From Macrostomum lignano (taxonomy: Eukaryota): a DNA stretch of 64,000 nt. The translations under genes and the position numbers were made by a program. Of the stretch, positions 1 through 20,596 are shown in pieces (position 1 is the stretch's first letter; the number at the start of each line of letters is the position of its first letter). The stretch covers positions 124,001 through 188,000 of the forward strand of contig NIVC01001343.1 in NCBI GenBank assembly GCA_002269645.1, read 5' to 3'. Under the pieces are notes generated by a model, which was not told the origin of the DNA, did not search any database, and was given only the letters and a program-made list of their open reading frames with translations.

Positions 1-588
1 ACTTTTGACATAATTTTAGGTGTCACAGCAAACATTTTAATAATAATAATATTAATTTAATAATAATAATGTTTTAGATAGGCCTAAGAAAACTAGAAAG
101 TGGCTTTTATTAGCTATGATCTATATGAGAGTAATTGAAATCTAGCCTCTGGGACTAGGCCTAATGTCTAATGCCATTGGGATTATGGATCTAATTTTTT
201 CTATTAGGAGGCCTATAATACCTAGATATTGCTTATAATATTTAAATATATTATAAGACTACACTGAGACTTTCACAGTTCTAAAAGCAGTGTCATTGTC
301 ATAAGTCTAAAAAGAAATCATCAAAACAAGGAAAAAACAGGCCTAGATGGTAAAATTCGTCAGCTGAAGGGCTACGCCCATTTGGCATTGCTATCCCTCT
401 CTTTTGGATGGGCATTGGCACAGGTTACACTAAATTTATCAACATCTATAAAATTTTGTTATTTCATTAAGCTTTCTAGATGATAGTAAATGTTGGTGCT
501 GACTAGTTAAAATATAGACTAAAGCTACTATTAAATATAAGATCACAAGTAATCTAATAGAAAAAACTGGAAAAACAAAGTAGCTAAG

Positions 589-812
589 CAATATCTAGCC
601 AGACAATATCTAGCCAGACAATGTCCAGCCAGACAATGTCTAGCCAGATGATATCTAGCCAGACAGAATCTAGCCAGACGATGTCCAGCTAGATGAACAA
701 AGCTGGATGTCCAGATGATGTCCAGCCAGACGGTGAACCAGATTATTTCTAGCCAGACGATGTCCAGCTAGACGGTGAACCAGATTATCTCCAGCTAGAG
801 GATATCTAGCCA
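589..812. repeat. Degenerate ~15-bp tandem repeat (T[AG]TC[CT]AGC[CT]AGA[CT][AG]A), probably subterminal repeats of a MULE-like element
   Basis: Units tatctagccagacaa / tgtccagccagacaa / tgtctagccagatga read directly; lies just upstream of a MULE transposase remnant. Confidence 0.8.
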
Positions 813-929
813 GATGGTGTTCAGCATGAGATAGAACTTGAAGTGATTGAAGTGTAGGTTTAATATTATGAATTTAAGGGTTTTTTAAAGGCTATTGAAT
901 ATTTAAATGCTATTGCAGCATTTGGCTAT

Positions 930-1320
930 TTAATGCAGCAGATGCAGGACCTATGGGTGTGCAAGGTATATGAATATGCAAAAGCCACTTGGCTGGACCA
1001 CTCAATTTGGTGTTGATGACATTCACAAGCGGAGCACGTGAAGAAACAATGAGGTTGAAGGCTGGCACTGTCATTTGAAGACCCGCGCCTACGGCCTACA
1101 GAGGCCAGTTACAGCTGTACGTGCTATTTGAACTGCTCCACAAAGAGGCTCTGTTGGCAGACGTACAGGCCCAGCTTGTTCTGCAGGGCAAAAATGGCCA
1201 AGGAGTGAAGCGTGCTAAATATCATCAAATTATAGGCGATTGATTGAAATCACTGTACCACAGGTATGACGATTAGGAGCTGACACCTGTGGAGCTTCTC
1301 TGAAGGTGCAGCATGCTGCA
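930..1320 (+). pseudogene. Decayed Mutator-like (MULE) transposase C-terminal fragment
   Basis: Across frameshifts and stops it reads YAKATWLDHSIW ... RNNEVEGWHCHLKTRA ... QLYVLFELLHKEA, matching the MULE transposase tail pattern YF..TW ... TNN.VEGWH..LN ... LI.LL.KE. Confidence 0.6.
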
Positions 1321-1584
1321 TTGAATTTTAGTTTTTTACTTCTTTACTCTTATTGTTTCTAAAATATAATCTTGTTTCTAAGAACTCTTTTTGTTTTGTT
1401 TTAACTGCAATTTTAACTTTATATTTTTGCATAAACAATGAATACACAAATAACCATGGGTTTGTATAACCATGCATTCGCCTTCGTTTTACTTTCGAAA
1501 TTGGCTTTCATATTTTTTAATTTCATTTCTTCTGTATATTTTTGAGACTGCGTCTGCATGGATATTGGACAGGCCTACTCAGAT

Positions 1585-1666
1585 AACCGAATTCGTCAAC
1601 AGTGCCTAGGTAGCCGAATTCGTCAACAGAGTTGACGAATTAAATTTTGACGAATTCGGTGGCACC
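1585..1666. mobile_element. Tiny foldback/MITE-like remnant built from CCGAATTCGTCAA units
   Basis: ccgaattcgtcaac twice, then inverted ttgacgaatt ... ttgacgaattcgg; motif related to the GTTGACGAA repeats of the 34839-35943 element. Confidence 0.45.
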
Positions 1667-3477
1667 CACTGGCACTACAATACATTGATAAGGCTAAGAT
1701 AAAAATATAGCATATATATAGGCCTAGGCCCTAGCCTACGGCTACAGGTCTCCTCTGCATTTTCGATTAGCTGACACACTTAATAGCCCTAATAAAATAT
1801 AAATAAAAAAACCAGCGACCAGCTCATTGCTAACAATTTCAAGCTGACATCGAATTGGCTACTACCACTTGGCAATGGCAATAGATATCATGGACTGGTC
1901 ATCGCGCCTAATTTTTCTTAACTATTGCCAGTTAAAAAAAATGAATATTTCCTAGAAGAGTGACTTATTAAGAATAAAAACATAAAAAATATTGGTATAT
2001 AATCTACACAATACAAATAATAATAAAAAACGACTATGTTCTATCAACGTCATAAAAATAGACTTTGCTCACATTAAAATCTTATTAAAGACTTTGTTGT
2101 GTTGTACTCAGGCGCGAAAACTAAAATTCAAGAATTCAATTCAGAATGACTAGTGAAAATCATCTTCGGGGATTTACTATCGTAAATATATAAATTGAAT
2201 TTTTTTAATTTATTTGCTTTTAGTTTTAGTGTTTTCTGTAGGTTAGTAGAGTTAAAGGCGTTTTTTAATAAAAAATTAATTTCGCTTGGAGGCTGGTTGA
2301 AGCAAATATATATATATATATTTGCCGTAGGCTATATATGTCTAAACATTTGTCTATATATATATATAGCCTATGATGTATATGATGTATACTGTACATG
2401 TATACAGATATTACAGATATTAAATGTACATGCATAGTTTTACAAGTAGTATATGTAATGTATGTGGTGCGCACAAGGATCACTATTCAGTACATTTTTT
2501 TTTATTTTTCAGTGGTCCTTGAGTGGGACCAAATTGTATCTTTAGGTAATAAAATTTTTCGCTTCCGTATCAAGCTTAGCTTCGTGCCATGAGAGATAAT
2601 AATTGTTAAATTTATTGGAAGAGGATTTCGATACTTTAAAAGTTTCACAAAAATACACATGAGCTCTAACCCTTCGACATTTTTATTTATTTATTGCTTT
2701 CGAATTCATCGATCGAAACAAATTTGTCATTTCTATTCAATTCATCTACTGAAGTTAATTATGGCGATTTATAAACGCAATTCCCATGAGCTTTCTTTGT
2801 CGATGGCTTTCCTACAATAATCTCGACGTTGTACTAAGCGCACTGCGGAGGAAAATCATGCTTCTGCCTTGTTCTACTATAGCTGGGAATCCCACAATTA
2901 GATTAAACAATCACGAAAGGAAGTCAAGTAGATTGGAACAATAATAGATGCCTTCCCGTTACCATGGGAACGAATTGATGACAAAAACTAAAATTATCAG
3001 CAACCAAGCGTGCGCACAAGAGACGAACAATGGGAAGAATGGGCAGCAGAAGTCCGTTACTAATTTAATTTGCATCGCAGGAAATTCATTAATTAGAATT
3101 TCGGAACCATCCAGCTTTGCTAATTGCTATAATGGCCCGTCGGCCACTCACAAAAATTAATATTTTATACTCTTCGAAAACAATAAATGTAGATCAAAGA
3201 ATGTGGCTTCTATGAAAAATATGAGACATAATCGGCCATTTATCAAGTGCCAGCTTCGTATGCTTTGCCATGATCAAACTGAGTGAGGGAATGAATGATG
3301 CAATGTATACTTCTTCCATCTAATCCTTCGAAATTAACTGCTTTCAGTTCATAGCTTTCTAACGTTTGACACACCTTATGGTGCATAAATATAGCTGTAA
3401 ACTTCCCTAATACCCTTTCGTTAAATGTTTCCGTATTAGAAGGATTGTATGAAAGGTTTGAAATTCAAGTCTAAGCA

Positions 3478-4742
3478 TGTCTTTGTGTCTGCCTAAACAT
3501 CCGACTTTGTGTCTTTCTAAACAGCCTTCTTTTTGTCTAAATAGCTGTCTAAATAGCTGTCTTTGTGTCTGCCTAAACACCCGACTTTGTGTCTTTCTAA
3601 ACAGCCTTCTTTTTGTCTAAATAGCTGTCTAAATAGCTGTCTTTGTGTCTGCCTAAACACCCGACTTTGTGTCTTTCTAAACAGCCTTCTTTGTGTCTAA
3701 ATAGCTGTCATTGTGTCTGTCTAAACATCTGTCACTGTGTCTGTCTAAATAGCGGTCTTTGTGTCTTTCTAAACACCCGTCTTTGTGTCTGCCTAAACAT
3801 CCGTCTTTGTGACTGTCTAAACATCTGTCTTTGTGTCTGTCTAAACATCTGTCTTTGTGTCTGTCTAAACATCTGTCTTTGTGTCTGTCTAAACATCTGT
3901 CTTTGTGTCTGTCTAAATATCTGTCTTTGTGTCTGCCTAAACATCTATCTTTGTGTCTGTCTAAACATCTGTCTTTGTGTCTGTCTAAATATCCGTCTTT
4001 GTGTCTGTCTAAACACCCGTCTTTGTGTCCGTCTAAACATCTGTCTTTGTGTCTGTCTAAACATCTGTCTTTGTGTCTGTCTAAATATCTGTCTTTGTGT
4101 CTGCCTAAACATCTATCTTTGTGTCTGTCTAAATATCCGTCTTTGTGTCTGTCTAAACACCCGTCTTTGTGTCTGCCTAAACATCTGTCTTTGTGTCTGT
4201 CTAAACATCTGTCTTTGTGTCTGTCTAAACATCTGTCTTTGTGTCTGTCTAAACATCTGTCTTTGTGTCTGTCTAAACATCTGTCTTTGTGTCTGTCTAA
4301 ACATCTGTCTTTGTGTCTGCCTAAACATCTGTCTTTGTGTCTGTCTAAACATCTGTCATTGTGTCTGTCTAAACATCTGTCTTTGTGTCTGTCTAAATAG
4401 CCGTCTTTGTGTCTGCCTAAACATCTGTCTTTGTGTCTGCCTAAACATCTGTCTTTGTGTCTGCCTAAACATCTGTCTTTGTGTCTGCCTAAACATCTGT
4501 CTTTGTGTCTGCCTAAACATCTGTCTTTGTGTCTGCCTAAACATCTGTCTTTGTGTCTGTCTAGACATCCGTCTTTGTGTCTGTCTAAACAGCTGTCTTT
4601 GTGTCTGTCCAAATATCTGTCTTTGTGGCTGTCTAAACGTCTGTTTTTGTGTCTGCTTAAACATCTGTCTTTGTGTCGATCTAGACTCCCGCCTTTGTGT
4701 CTGCCTAAACATCTGTCTTTGTGTCTGTCCAAATGTCTTTTT
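3478..4742. repeat. 24-bp minisatellite (TGTCTTTGTGTCTGTCTAAACATC), ~50 copies
   Basis: Direct tandem units; explains the CLCVCLNI / DRHKDRCL pseudo-ORFs. Confidence 0.97.
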
Positions 4743-5274
4743 ATCTCTCTAACGCCCATCCGTGTTAAATGTCACTTGCATTGTTGCATCTCGGCATTAA
4801 TTCATTTACTTTACGGTACTTTAATACCGACTTGCCATTATAAATAAGTGACGCGACCATGTGACTACTGCTATTGTCTGTTCAGACTACTGGCATACTC
4901 CACACTACTCATTCAGTAAATAGGTGCAGGACTACTGCAAACAGATGAACGTCCAGGACAGGCTTCGTTAATTCTCGATAATTGACTGACAGTGCAAATT
5001 TTCACCTGGGTAGGGGGTGACGTAGTTGGTCAGAGTTTTGATTCTAGAGGACTTCAGTGTGCTAAGCCAATAAGAGGCCGCCTGACATTGTGGTAAGTTT
5101 CCACCTAAGTATATATAACTGCCATTGGGATTTGTTTTCACACCCCATGCCCGACATTTTTGTTTTAGTTTTGTTATTTTAAACTAATCAAAAACCATTT
5201 TGATTAATTGTTTAGGCAAATCTGACTTCAAACAAGAGGAAAAATAGTCCCCTGAAAAAATTCAAAGAGTACAA

Positions 5275-14757
<9,483 letters not shown>

Positions 14758-14834
14758 GTGAGTCACTTTTGTCACTGGCAATTGTCAGGTGTTGTTAGTA
14801 ATTTGTATAATTTATGCGGTTCCTATTACCTCTC

Positions 14835-15460
14835 GAAACCGGTAAAGACTCTTTCCAAACCGGTAAAAACTCTTTCCAAATCAGTAAACACTCTTTCCAA
14901 ACCGGCAAACACTCTTTCCAAACCGGCAAACACTCTTTCCAAACAGGTAACCACTCTTTCCAAACCGGCAAACACTCTTTCCAAACAGGTAACCCACTCT
15001 TTCCAAACCGGCAAACACTCTTTCCAAACCGGCAAACACTCTTTCCAAACCGGCAAACACTCTTTCCAAACAGGTAACCACTCTTTCCAAACCGGCAAAC
15101 ACTCTTTCCAAATCAGTAACCACTCTTTCCAAACAGGTAACCACTCTTTCCAAACCGGCAAACACTCTTTCCAAACAGGTAACCACTCTTTCCAAACCGG
15201 CAAACACTCTTTCCAAACAGGTAACCCACTCTTTCCAAACCGGCAAACACTCTTTCCAAACCGGCAAACACTCTTTCCAAACCGGCAAACACTCTTTCCA
15301 AACAGGTAACCACTCTTTCCAAACCGGCAAACACTCTTTCCAAATCAGTAAACACTCTTTCCAAACAGGTAACCCACTCTTTCCAAACCTGCAAACACTC
15401 TTTCCAAACCGGTAAACACTCTTTCCAAACCGGTAAACACTCCAAACCGGTAACACCCTT
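14835..15460. repeat. 21/22-bp minisatellite (TTTCCAAACCGGCAAACACTC)
   Basis: Direct tandem units. Confidence 0.97.
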
Positions 15461-16177
15461 TCAAACCACCGGGGACAACGATGGGACAAAAGTGTTTAAA
15501 AGGAAGTAACAATGTGTAAAAGGTAAGCTAAGGTAAGTTTACGTATAAAACTCTTTCCATACGTTTTCATTTTTATCGTATTAACTAACGAAGTGGACTT
15601 CACATTAATAATTAACTTTTGTGTAACTTGTAAAGAGTTTTATTTATTTTTGATATACGCTGTAAAATTAATGTTATTGCATTGTCAAATAGTCTTCCGA
15701 TATTATGTACAGATAAAATATATCGCTTGTCTAAGAATGCCCATTAAAATAATATTTGGACATAAACTAATATGACTTTATCGGATTCATTTTCCATGAA
15801 TCGGTTTGATGCTGGTTCAACACGGAAATAACTACGAGCGTCATGAGCTCTAAAAACAACCTACTCAAGAAAGAAAATGAAAAATGAATGAATGCACAGC
15901 TGCCTTTCGTAATGCACTACTAAAAGTAAAAACACGCGCAAACACTACAATTGCAGGCGCAATGTGTTCTCCGAGCCTATATGCCTTATATTTAGCTGGG
16001 GAAGTGTACCTCATCTTCTCAATCAGCAAAAACAATGAATTTTACGTTGCCGACGCGTTTCGTCGTCACACAGACGTCAACAGGGGTCAATTCATCTAAG
16101 ATTTTTTTATTAGAGGCAGGGGGGTTGTGTGCACCCTGGCGCACTTTAAGCGACATTGGCACACAACCGGCGAGAGG

Positions 16178-18372
16178 CATTGCCCAAAATTTCTCCTCAT
16201 GGCAATGACCCATGGCAATGGCCGGCCATTGCCTAGAATTCCAATTCCAATGCAACCAATTAATTCAAGCCAGTTTTTATCCAGCATCTTGCAAAGCATA
16301 TCTTGCATCAGTCAATTCAAAACGTTTATTTTAAGATGTAAATAATTAAACTGGCACAGGAATTGCAAAATCGACAGTACAAAAAGCACAGTGTCAGTAT
16401 ATCATGTAAATTTTTGTCGGTGATGAACATCATACTGGTCGAGCAAAGTACTAAAAGTCATTAAATAAAAAATATTAAACTAGACTGTCGTTCTTATTCT
16501 TTCAGTAATTCTACGAGTACAATTTGCTGATTCCTGTAGAAGTAAAGATTGCATGCCTAATTAAAGGAACATCCGTGAAAGGTGCAATTGTAAGGCAAAC
16601 TTCGTACCAACAGAATAGGCAGCTTCAGTGCTAACACTAACCTCCGTCGATACTGCAGTCTCACCGACGATCTCAACAGCATCAGCATGTTCGGGTGGCC
16701 CAGCATCTTGCTCTAGATCATGACGATTCAATGCCACCTGAACAGACTCACTCGTCTTTTGAAGCGACCGGTCGCGACGCTTGGCTAGGTACCTCCTAGT
16801 CGTTCGCTCGCTCAGCTGTCCAGTAATGCTCATTATATCGCTCATGCTGTGCCCTGCCGCCTCGAGATCGCATATTCGCGTGACCCTGTTTTAGAGTGCA
16901 AATTTATATAGTTGGATTCATGAGTAATTGGTAACATAACATGTATCATAACATAATTAAAGTTACTATTATTAATTTATCAGTCTTACCGAATGCAATG
17001 ATTCGTGTAGGTCTTCGCAAGTCCCGCCTTCGTACTCAAGTTTCTCATGAAGCCACTCAGATAATTCTCTCCACGGTTCTGCTTCGAGGAGAAAACAGGG
17101 CCTCCATCGTTGCGGCTGGCCAAAGGACGAGGAAACAGATTGTTGTCCTTCGTTGTAACTGGAAGCAGCTTGAGGTATTTCTCCACCTTTTCCACGTCGT
17201 AAATTCTGGCCTGCTTGTTGTCCGGCTGCTTCTTGGCCTTCTCTGGATCTGCTGACTTATTTTTTTAGGGCAACGGAGGCAGACAGTAGTACGGCTTTCC
17301 ATCAGAGTCGACGTGCAATTGAAGTGAGCTTCTATCCTTCAAGAACTTGAGGTGCTCCTGGCCTCGCTCGCCAAAGCTGTATATGATGTAGAATAAGAAT
17401 TTGTCCTGCTCAACTTCAGCTGTGCTGCCTTGGAAGTAGATCATCAGCTTCCTCATGTCCTCCTCCTCGATTGGCTCAAACTGCTGCGTCCTCCCACCAC
17501 TCTGGTGAAAGTCTCGAACCTTCACACGCAGCATGCTATTTGCAGAAGAAAAGTCTTCTCCATTGATGATGTCAACGGTTAGCTTCTCGATCATCCGCAA
17601 ATAGCGCTGCAGTCCAGCCCTGATGCACACCAGCGATGCAGGCGAGTAGGGTTCGCCGTCAATCTTCTTCAGTTTAAAGTAGAAGTAGCGAATGTATTGG
17701 TTGAGCACCGAATTCGGAATTGTTTGCAAATTGCGCTGAAGATTTTCCTCTTTGAGGAATGTCTTGAACCGCTTTCCATGGCTGATCATCTGCTTCCTGC
17801 TGTCTGCTGGTAGGCTGTCAATCTCGGCGATGTCCATGGCGCTGATATCTACGCCGCCTTCCTGCAGGAGCGGCAGATGCTCATCGGGCTCGGGCTCCTT
17901 TTGAATGAATTCGAGAAATCTAGCGAACTCGTCGTCCCTTCTGTCATTGTAAGAAGCCTCCGAAACAAAATTCAATTCGTCCTTAGTCACGTTGCCCAGC
18001 TCACTGCAGGGCAAATGCTTCCAATTAATGAGCGGTGCCTCCATCTCTGCAGCCGTCCGCTTTTCTCTATCTGAGATTTGACCTCTAGACACGCAAATAT
18101 TTATATTTGTAATTAATTTAGGGGTGGGTGCAGAGTAAGGGGTGGGTGACTTCAGGTGCGCGACTTAAAGGTGAGACATAGGCGAGGTGGAGGTAACCTT
18201 ATCTCAAACCCCCTTAGCAGCATCGACTGATAAGAATTCACGATAGTGTACATAAAGTGCGTAGATTACGTAAGAGTTTTGAAATTTTAAGCAATGATGC
18301 TCATCGGAAGTCAGAGTTTAAGGCAATGGCCTTTGACACGAGCGGCGGTAGCCGCTTGGTCATGAATCCATT
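16178..18372 (-). mobile_element. Crypton-type DNA transposon (~2.2 kb) encoding a tyrosine recombinase
   Basis: Insertion in the SINE at gaggCATT|actgccc with CATT at both ends (16178-16181, 18369-18372); no TIRs; contains the YR gene. Confidence 0.82.
16561..18044 (-). pseudogene. Crypton/DUF3504-like tyrosine recombinase, ~459 codons, one intron, one in-frame nonsense codon
   Basis: Exons 18044-16990 and 16885-16561; GT-AG intron 16989-16886 splits the HCIR motif. Motifs GEPYSPASL..IRAGLQRYL, FGERGQE, KNKS, LFPRP, RGENYLSGFMRNLS..AGL, TNHCIR, ITGQLS, RRY. TAA at 17267-17265; the same frame continues after it. A further upstream exon is possible (acceptor near 18086). Confidence 0.85.
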
Positions 18373-19071
18373 ACTGCCCATTCCGCCGACTCCCCTGAGT
18401 AGGCATACAAGCGCGCGGATACGTACGCAGGCACACACTCACACAGGAGTGTACAGCGGCCCTAACTTTATATTATCGTTTTTAGGCCTGTACACTTCAC
18501 TGTGCCTTGGGGGTTGGCCCTCAAGGCCGTTAATTGCACGAGCAGAGCCAAGCCGAGATTCCAATTCAGTCCCAAATTAAGGTGACTGCACTTGGAATCG
18601 AGCCTGGGTCGCTGGCACACCAGAGCAGCTGCGCTACCGCTGGGCTACGGCCCCCCTATTCATCTAAGTTACATGTAGCCCAACAAGCAATATAGTTATC
18701 CCGCGTAATTATAAATTTATCAAGAACAGTAAGTGAAATAGTACGAGAGTAAGTCAGGAAAGAGAACAATCGATCAGGGGAATGTAAAGTCACGATCATA
18801 AAAAGCCCAAAGTCTGGTCTGATTCAGTCCGGTAAAGATTCCTACGTTCAGAAGGAATACGAGGAAGGCAGATCGAGAGGGAGAGAGATAGACGCTAGGT
18901 CCAGCTCACAGTACTCTGAGCTCACGTTCCACCCCATTGCTAACATTGTTGTACGAGTACATTCAAGTTCGGTTTGTGCATTCTAATGAGCCTGAAACTA
19001 TATTAAGCACTTGGTCATGAATCGATCTAACACTTTGAACGGCTGAATCCGCTTTACAACACGCTTTACAC

Positions 19072-20135
19072 CAAGGGTCGGCAAACTCCGACCCGCAAAG
19101 CCTCTCTATCCGGCCCTCGGGTCTTTTGAAACTTCTCAGTTCTTCTCAGTGCCTCTTCTCAGCTCTCTTCTCTCCTCTCTCCCTTGTTATCTCTCCTCTC
19201 TTCTCTCTCCTCTCCTCTACCCTCCTCTCCTCTCCTCTCCTCTCCCTCTCCTCTCCCTCTCCTCTCCCTCTCCTCTCCTCTCCTCTCCTCTCCTCTCCTC
19301 TTATCTCCTCTCCTCTCCTCTCCTCTCCTCTCCTCTCCTCTCCTCTCCTCTCCTCTCCTCTCCTCTACCCTCCTCTCCTCTCCTCTCCTCTCCTCTCCCT
19401 CTCCTCTCCCTCTCCTCTCCCTCTCCTCTCCTCTCCTCTCCTCTCCTCTCCTCTTATCTCCTCTCCTCTCCTCTCCTCTCCTCTCCTCTCCTCTCCTCTC
19501 CTCTCCTCTCCTCTCCTCTCCTCTCCTCTCCTCTCCTCTCCTCTCCTCTCCTCTCCTCTCCTCTCCTCTCCTCTCCTCTCCTCTCCTCTCCTCTCCTCTC
19601 CTCTCCTCTTATCTCCTCTCCTCTCCTCTCCTCTCCTCTCCTCTCCTCTCCTCTTATCTCCTCTCCTCTCCTCTCCTCTCCTCTCCTCTCCTCTCCTCTC
19701 CTCTCCTCTCCTCTCCTCTCCTCTTATCTCCTCTCCTCTCCTCTCCTCTCCTCTCCTCTCCTCTCCTCTCCTCTCCTCTCCTCTCCTCTCCTCTCCTCTC
19801 CTCTCCTCTCCTCTCCTCTCCTCTCCTCTCCTCTCCTCTCCTCTCCTCTCCTCTCCTCTCCTCTCCTCTCCTCTCCTCTCCTCTCCTCTCCTCTCCTCTC
19901 CTCTCCTCTTATCTCCTCTCCTCTCCTCTCCTCTCCTCTCCTCTCCTCTTATCTCCTCTCCTCTCCTCTCCTCTCCTCTCCTCTCCTCTCCTCTCCTCTC
20001 CTCTCCTCTTATCTCCTCTCCTCTCCTCTCCTCTCCTCTCCTCTCCTCTCCTCTCCTCTCACTCCTTCTCTGGCCCGCAGTCATGCGCTGGGTTCTCTAT
20101 CTGGCCCTTGGAGGTAAAAATTTTGCCGACCCCTG
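19072..20135. mobile_element. hAT-type MITE carrying a (CTCCT)n microsatellite
   Basis: TIRs CAAGGGTCGGCAAA / TTTGCCGACCCCTG; degenerate 8-bp TSD ctttacac / ctgtgcac (6/8). Confidence 0.7.
19140..20060. repeat. (CTCCT)n pentanucleotide microsatellite
   Basis: Direct reading; source of the SPLLS / GEERR pseudo-ORFs. Confidence 0.98.
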
Positions 20136-20596
20136 CTGTGCACCCACAAGCAGATAGGCATAATTACTACCTTCTATCCCATCCTAGCTCGCAGTTGGCA
20201 ATGGGGTGGAGCCGAGAGTGAGCTCAGAGTACTGTGAGCTGGACCTGCTGTCCTATAGCCTGTCCTGCGTTGCTTTGCAGGCAAGCGGCTGCGTTCAAGA
20301 TTGGGTAGTGTAGTTGAGAGTCTATCCTCATTGGTTGTCCGTTTGCTATGGACAGCTTATTTAATATATCGACGTTTCGGGAAGCTAATCCACTCACTAC
20401 ATGCAAAACGACTCCTCTAACTACTCGTGCTATAAGCCTAAAGAATTCCACTTTAACACAAATGGCGATTGTAGATCAGTGTCAAACTGTGTTATTCTCG
20501 TCTCAAACAAAGCAGTGTGGCACAAATTGAAAGACATTGACTCTGACAGGTTTTATCCCCTGATCATAACAAATTCCCAGAATATTGCCAATGAAT

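Larger units (their letters stand above)
16101..18657 (-). mobile_element. tRNA-derived SINE (family 1, ~360 bp), split into 16101-16181 and 18369-18657 by a later insertion
   Basis: Both halves are colinear with the intact copy at 51965-52324. Minus-strand head GGGGCCGTAGCCCAGCGGTAG (A box) ... GGCTCGATTCC (B box); A-rich tail; 11-bp TSD ATTCATCTAAG at 16090-16100 and 18658-18668. Confidence 0.92.
18897..20246. mobile_element. Non-autonomous TIR element with 3-bp TSD (PIF/Harbinger-like, superfamily tentative)
   Basis: AGGTCCAGCTCACAGTACTCTGAGCTCAC (from 18897) is the exact reverse complement of 20218-20246; the IR extends inward (CCACCCCATTGC); GCT flanks both ends. Confidence 0.65.

Noticed and set aside
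18580-18657. tRNA gene (also 44528-44612 and 52250-52324)
   Set aside because: A/B boxes are present but they are SINE heads attached to repeated bodies with TSDs, or lack a cloverleaf.
20190-20340. Candidate terminal exon of the lectin-Sushi gene (VGNGVEPRVSSEYCELDLL...)
   Set aside because: It overlaps the right TIR of the 18897-20246 element.
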